Below, piece after piece: positions 39,836 to 45,173 of a stretch of DNA of 45,173 nucleotides. The position numbers were made by a program, and so were the translations under genes. The notes beneath the pieces are model-generated. The model was not told the origin of the DNA and made no database searches. It saw only the letters and a list, made by a program, of their open reading frames with translations. The first letter of the stretch is position 1, and each line of letters starts with the position of its first letter. This DNA comes from Asterionella formosa (taxonomy: Eukaryota), in NCBI GenBank assembly GCA_002256025.1, contig NKIB01014304.1, positions 1 through 45,173 of the forward strand. Direction: 5' to 3'.

Positions 39836-40119
39836 GATGGAAGGTCGAAGGAGTTCCAGTAGTTGATTGAAAGGTTCAAGAGACATGCGATATTCACGAT
39901 GAAATCTATTCTCATGAAGAAGCTTTGTGACATGCTCATTCCAGTCAATTCGTTGATGCTCCCATTTTGGAATTCGCACTGGCTTTGAGTTTCGTTCATA
40001 GGACTCCAAAAATGATAAAATGTAACTGCTGCAATTAACAAAAAGCTTTGTTGTTCCGCTTCTTTATCAAGATTGTCAATGACATTCCAACTGTCAGGTT
40101 CTTCCGGTCGATTTGTCAT
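39836..40119 (-). pseudogene. N-terminal remnant of a Harbinger transposase
   Basis: MTNRPEE...(frameshift)...[39 protein letters not shown] contains the F..xRMS..xF..L..LL motif of PIF/Harbinger transposases. The DDE core is absent. Confidence 0.75.
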
Positions 40120-40597
40120 TGTCGTTACAGTAATGATAATGGTCAGACACGTTGAATGATTGAAGCTCACATTGCAATTTTTTTTGTTGAGTCTGATGCA
40201 CATGTTTGCAGAGACATAAAGAAAACGGCTAACTGTTTTACCGTTACAGAGATATATTTGTGAAATTTATCTCTGTAAAGATTCATTTTTCTGAAGATAC
40301 AACAAAAAATAATTTGTATCTCTGGTAAGATTGGCCCTTAGTGCAGAAAGCATTGTTGGATAAACATGAAAATATAAATATGGTATACATATACGATGTG
40401 TACCGGTACTATGTGTAGAAAAGGACAGGTGATCTGCTGTCCCAGTGCTTCATGTAAATGGTGATGGTCAAGAAAGCTAACCAGCAGATGCTATTCAATA
40501 GATTAAGTCTTTGATGTGGGCATAAAGTTAACATCTGGTTATACTGGCTGTTTATGATTGTACCATGCCATTGGCAAACATTGATTACTTTCTAATA

Positions 40598-41596
40598 TTA
40601 TTTCAAAACTGTCCCGTTTTCCTGGGTTACTGCAGGTAACAGGTCGAATCTCGGAATATTGCGCACAAATATTAGGTCGTCTGTGTCTCCATGGGCAACA
40701 ACGTAGACTTTGTATAATTCATATCCATGAGACTGCATGTGTTTGATGATCTTTTCCTTCTTGCCCACTTGGCTAGGATAGCGTCTTGCCAATAGCTGCT
40801 CAATTTGTACCACTCGCACATCAAATTCATCCCAGGGAAAGTCATGTACAACTTCAACCTCATTTCCCTCTGTATCTATTGTCATGTAATCAACTCTGTA
40901 CATGTCCCTCTTACGCAACTCATCAGCCAAATTGTAGCACTTGATCGAAGTTTCTTCCCTCTTATGAACCAATCTAGTTTCTTCATATTGCTTCAATGAT
41001 CCAGAGAACCCTTCAATATTGCTGAGTAAGACTGTTATATTGCTCACTCCAGCTGGACATACTGCTCCTTTGAAAATGAAAGAACCAGGGCGATTGCTCT
41101 CGAGGTGTTCATACTCTCGTGGGTCCAACTCAAACAGGAGGCCCTTCCATCCCATGTATTGTTCAAATGCAAAAGTGTTTGAATGATCAATACCATTTCG
41201 TGCCCCAAATTCAACAAAAATTCCTTTGCAACAGAGGTCTTGCTGGAAAAATAGTCGATCAAAGAGAAACTTGTCCTGACCAGATTGGGCATTCCACGTG
41301 GCAGGCATGGTGCACTGACATGAGGTTGATATTGTTTCATTGAAAGGAGCTTTTGTAGCAGCAGATTCATCCTTTGCGCTCTTCACTTTAACACTATTAA
41401 TATTGGGAGGCGGAGGCGGAGGTGGAGGAGGAGATTTCAACGACGAGAAGCGCATTGAGGATGCCAGTAGAGCCATGGATAGCAGTAAGAATATTGGGGC
41501 TGCTGCGAAAACAGTTGCACGACGTCGTGTCTTTGGAGGGGTCTGCAGCAGCAGTTGCTGCTGTTGTTTCGTGAGGAGGCTGCAACAAGTCCTCAT
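40598..41596 (-). CDS. FkbM-family (Methyltransf_21) SAM-dependent methyltransferase, type II membrane topology
   Basis: AQSGQDKFL, FVEFGARNGIDHSNT...WKGLLFE and VDYMTIDTEGNE...VVQIE motifs. An N-terminal hydrophobic anchor is followed by a poly-Pro stem. Confidence 0.88.
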   Translation of the reverse strand: MRTCCSLLTKQQQQLLLQTPPKTRRRATVFAAAPIFLLLSMALLASSMRFSSLKSPPPPPPPPPNINSVKVKSAKDESAATKAPFNETISTSCQCTMPATWNAQSGQDKFLFDRLFFQQDLCCKGIFVEFGARNGIDHSNTFAFEQYMGWKGLLFELDPREYEHLESNRPGSFIFKGAVCPAGVSNITVLLSNIEGFSGSLKQYEETRLVHKREETSIKCYNLADELRKRDMYRVDYMTIDTEGNEVEVVHDFPWDEFDVRVVQIEQLLARRYPSQVGKKEKIIKHMQSHGYELYKVYVVAHGDTDDLIFVRNIPRFDLLPAVTQENGTVLK

Positions 41597-42070
41597 CGTG
41601 ATGACCTTGGATAATATAAAAAAAGGTCAATGCCGTGGTAGATTTTTGGAACATATTATCGTTGTTCGTACATTTGTGCAATTGCAAAACGTACACAGTA
41701 TTGATATTAGCAAAAATGTATACAGTACTAACTAGGTACTGTTCATGTTAACCTGTTATGGGTACCAGTACCGTACCACTTCAAAACTGTAAGAAGCCAC
41801 CGCTCAACGGAGGAAACGCACGGATTGAACTTAATTTGGAAGATACGTTAATTATTGTCACGAAGGAGTTGTTCAGATTTATATAGCGAGTAAATACGTA
41901 CCTACCGGTACTTGTATTGTTGCATTGTGTAAGTTGTTAATTACTTATTACGGCCCAAAGGTGGCTGTCGACGCGAAATTGCGAAAAATGGAAATTTTCA
42001 TTTTTACTCTATTGAGCTGGCATCGTCTTTTCTACACGCACGTGCACATGTATAGGGACAAAAATATTAA

Positions 42071-43255
42071 GGTTCCTGCATTTGAACCCCTAGGCAAAAA
42101 TTAAAAAATTGCTTAGGGTTGCCGAAATTCCCTGGAACTAAGAACTTTTATGTGCTAATTTGAATATCAATGATTCCGTTTGAAAAATTCAAATGAGTGG
42201 AAATTTGCGCGTACGTATATAGATTCCATTTCAAATGCATAAAATATGTAAAGATAGATTCTTCATCGCTGAATGTTTTATATTGCTACTCTACCGATAG
42301 TATACCTACTCGTATCATAAATATGTTTCACATGCACGACCCGGCGGCTGCAAAACATATTTGAATGTGCAAACTATCGGTACTAAGGTACTGGTTAGCG
42401 TGCACTACCATTTACTATGACGAATGATGATCAGTTACCTGGAACCGGTAGGTCTACCCGGTACTCGGTATTCCTACTCCGTACGGATTCCGGTATACGG
42501 GTAAACCTACCCGGTACTCGATATTCCCACTCCGTACGGATACCGGTATACGGGTAGGATCGGCCAACACCCAAGAAAATGCTTCATGTGTATCCAGTGT
42601 GGCCGGCGTGGGATTGCAAGACCTCGCAAACCGTGCCAATCGAACGAATGTAAGGATAACCAATCAGAATATGATTATTACAGCGGGCAATTACATTGGA
42701 ACTTTTTGTACACGAGATTTTACGACTACAAATTTTAGCACAAGACTACCATTCCGATGATGACGTTTCGGCGATTAGTGATTCTGATTCCGACGTTTGG
42801 GTGACCGTTGAAAAGGCCGATATTGTCGAATTTTTGGACGACGATAGCTCAACGTTGGCAGGGTTTGAAGAAGAGTTAAGTACATAGGTAATCTTCATAT
42901 AGCCCCAGAAGTTAACTTTCGGCGAGAAACTGCAGAAAGGAACTTCGGTTTTTTTACTAGGCCAAATAAACGAGTTAGCCCGGTAAAATCCACTATTTTC
43001 AGCATAGTTAAAATACCGAAGTTCCTTTCTGCAGTTTCTCGCCAGATCCTATATCCTGACGATATATAGCGTTGACCTATACCCCTACTTTGATAAATGA
43101 CTGTATTTAAGCATGTGGAAAGGGTGTGTATTGGTGAAAGCTCCGTTTAGCGATATACATATACATTTTACTCGTAAGAAGTCTATGTTTGACTACTCTG
43201 ACTTAATATTATTTTTTTAACCCTACCTCGAGCTAGGGGTTCAAATGCAGGAACC
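42071..43255 (+). mobile_element. Non-autonomous Kolobok-like element, copy 1 (1185 bp)
   Basis: TTAA|GGTTCCTGCATTTGAACCCCTAG...CTAGGGGTTCAAATGCAGGAACC|TTAA: a perfect 23-bp TIR with TTAA on both sides. Contains an internal ORF remnant (42696..42887) and a short tandem repeat (about 42454-42560). Confidence 0.85.
42921..43043. repeat. Internal hairpin: 29-bp perfect inverted repeat with an imperfect inward extension
   Basis: GGCGAGAAACTGCAGAAAGGAACTTCGGT ... ACCGAAGTTCCTTTCTGCAGTTTCTCGCC. Confidence 0.95.
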
Positions 43256-43556
43256 TTAATATTCTTCCCATTGAATTAATTTCGTATAATTAAATGTGTG
43301 TACGACGTCATAATGCTTTCGAATACATTATGCATCAGAAGAATTCGTTGATGATGCAAGCGCCAAAAGCATACTGCATCGCGCAAAAAAGGTAAAGTAA
43401 TACGAAAATAGCTTCTGTACTATAAACGTAGTAAAAATAATCACGGTTTGGGGGGAAAATATATTCATGTATGGATAGAAAAATATGCACTGTAAGCCAC
43501 CGCTATGCAACAATCTTTATGACATAAAAAAAATTAGATCTTCATGGCTTAATTAA

Positions 43557-44777
43557 GGTTCCTGCATTTGAGCCCCTAGGCAAAAATTAAAATATTGCTT
43601 AGGGTTGCCGAAATTCCCTGGAACTAAGAACTTTTATGTGCTAATTTGAATATCAATGATTCAGTTTGAAATATTCAAATGAGTGGAAATTTGCGCGTAC
43701 GTGCGTAGATTCCATTTCAAATGCATTAAATATGTATGAGTAGATTCATCATCGCTGCATGTTTTATAATGCTTTTCTACCGATAGTAACACCTACTCGT
43801 ATCAACAAATATGTTTCACATTCACGACCCGGCGGCTCCGAAAAATATTTGAATGTGCATACCGGTACTAACGGTAGTAACGTACTGGTAAGCGTGCACT
43901 ACCTCGTACTATGACCAATGATGATCAGCTACCTGGTACCGGTAGGTCTACCCGGTACTCGGTATTCCTACTCTACCCGGTACTCGGTATTCCTACTCCG
44001 TCCGGATATGGTTTTCGGATACCGGTAGGTCTACCCGGTACTCGGTATTCCTACTCCGTACGGATGCCGGTATACGGGTAGGATCGGCCAACACCCAAGA
44101 AAATGCTTCATGTGCATCCAGTGTGGCCGGCGTGGGATTGCAAGACCTCGCAAACCGTGCCAATCGAACGGATATAAGGATAACTAATCAGAATATGATT
44201 AATACAGCGGGCAATTACGTTGGAACTTTTTGTACACGAGATTTTACGACTACAAATTTTAGCACAAGACTACCATTCCGATGATGACGTTTCGGCGATT
44301 AGTGATTCTGATTCCGACGTTTGGGTGACCGTTGAAAAGGCCGATATTGTCGAATTTTTGGACGACGATAGCTCAACGTTGGCAGGGTTTGAAGAAGAGT
44401 TAAGTACATAGGTAATCTTCATATAGCCCCAGAAGTTAACTTTCGGCGAGAAACTGCAGAAAGGAACTTCGGTTTTTTTACTAGGCCAAATAAACGAGTT
44501 AGCCCGGTAAAATCCACTATTTTCAGCATAGTTAAAATACCGAAGTTCCTTTCTGCAGTTTCTCGCCAGATCCTATATCCTGACGATATATAGCGTTGAC
44601 CTATACCTACTTTGATAAATGACTGTATTTTAGCATGTGGAAAGGGTGTGTATTGGTGAAAGCTCCGTTTAGCGATATACATATACATTTTACTCGTAAG
44701 AAGTCTATGTTTGACTACTCTGACTTAATATTTGTTTTTGAACCCTACCTCGAGCTAGGGGTTCAAATGCAGGAACC
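43557..44777 (+). mobile_element. Non-autonomous Kolobok-like element, copy 2 (1221 bp)
   Basis: Same TIRs (one mismatch on the left), TTAA at 43553-43556 and 44778-44781. Direct repeat of copy 1 with a longer internal CTACCCGGTACTCGGTATTCCTACT array. Confidence 0.85.
44445..44567. repeat. Internal hairpin, identical to 42921-43043
   Basis: Same 29-bp arms and the same loop. Confidence 0.95.
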
Positions 44778-44964
44778 TTAATATACGAAATCGAAACTGA
44801 TTACCGATACTTATTCGTAGAATAAAGTGCATCGTGTAACGGACACTTCGTACTTGCATCAGGTTTCGATTGTAATATTACTTGAATATTTTTTAGTCGG
44901 AAGATGGAGTAAAACAACGGTGGCTTACAGTTTTTAAGTGGTACCGGTATCGGACGAGAATTGA

Positions 44965-45173
44965 AGTACCAGGTGAAGTATCTAACTAGAAGTAGTAGTA
45001 TTTGTTGAATATATGAGCTTATTTGTTAATCCTTGTGTGTTACTCATTCTCCAAGTCGACATCAAAGTATACAATGAGGGTTAGTCGAGTTCTCTCATTA
45101 TTGAGTTCTTATACATATATGATATAACACTAACCCTATATACATCTGTATTGATGCGCAAGATCGCTCACTC
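44965..45173. repeat. Dispersed repeat (copy 2, uninterrupted), running off the window end
   Basis: Aligns with 12069-12088 joined to 13592-13790. Confidence 0.85.

Larger units (their letters stand above)
37891..40337. mobile_element. PIF/Harbinger DNA transposon carrying captured host-gene fragments (Pack-type), 2447 bp
   Basis: TTA TSD at 37888-37890 and 40338-40340. TIRs GGGCCAATCT(GC)TTAACAGAGATACAAA / TTTGTATCTCTGGTAAGATTGGCCC. Convergent remnants of two element ORFs flank PP2C and AspRS fragments. Confidence 0.9.
41777..44940. mobile_element. Small TIR element (~750 bp once the two inserts are removed) hosting two Kolobok-like insertions
   Basis: Left end GTAC|CACTTCAAAACTGTAAGAAGCCACCG; right end CGGTGGCTTACAGTTTTTAAGTG|GTAC. 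An internal copy of the motif (ACTGTAAGCCACCG) sits at about 43489-43502. The TSD reads as GTAC (CAC terminus) or TA (CC terminus). Confidence 0.7.

Noticed and set aside
42071..44777. piggyBac assignment or an assembly-duplication artefact for the twin elements
   Set aside because: Termini are GG..CC rather than the CC..GG of piggyBac. The copies differ by many substitutions and indels and have different flanks, so they are not a simple duplication artefact.

Overview
Eukaryotic nuclear DNA, most likely from a diatom. This is inferred from short GT-AG introns, a Cdc48 with a bipartite signal/LRGG leader, a signal-peptide + AF-motif protein and diatom-type Copia motifs. Eight apparently intact host genes are present: an ACOT9-like thioesterase (open at the window edge), dyskerin/CBF5, a very acidic putative plastid protein, CDC73, clathrin light chain, a secreted DOMON/EB_dh-like protein with a PTK-repeat stalk, a periplastid-type Cdc48 and an FkbM methyltransferase. 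There is also an SDR pseudogene. About half the window is nested transposon material. It includes a CAC-terminated element with ~20 subterminal 11-mers, a Ty3/gypsy relic with one LTR, a Ty1/copia relic with a PDZ-like insert, two inverted copies of a TTAA-flanked (Kolobok-like) family, and two further TTAA-flanked elements nested inside a third TIR element. The most striking structures are two. (i) A PIF/Harbinger element (TTA TSD, both TIRs) whose centre is replaced by a captured genomic segment holding the convergent 3' ends of a PP2C gene and an aspartyl-tRNA synthetase gene. (ii) A Kolobok-like family pair sharing a Ulp1-like gene relic, where the short elements carry an identical core with a 29-bp perfect hairpin built from that coding sequence. 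All calls were made by eye; no database searches were run.
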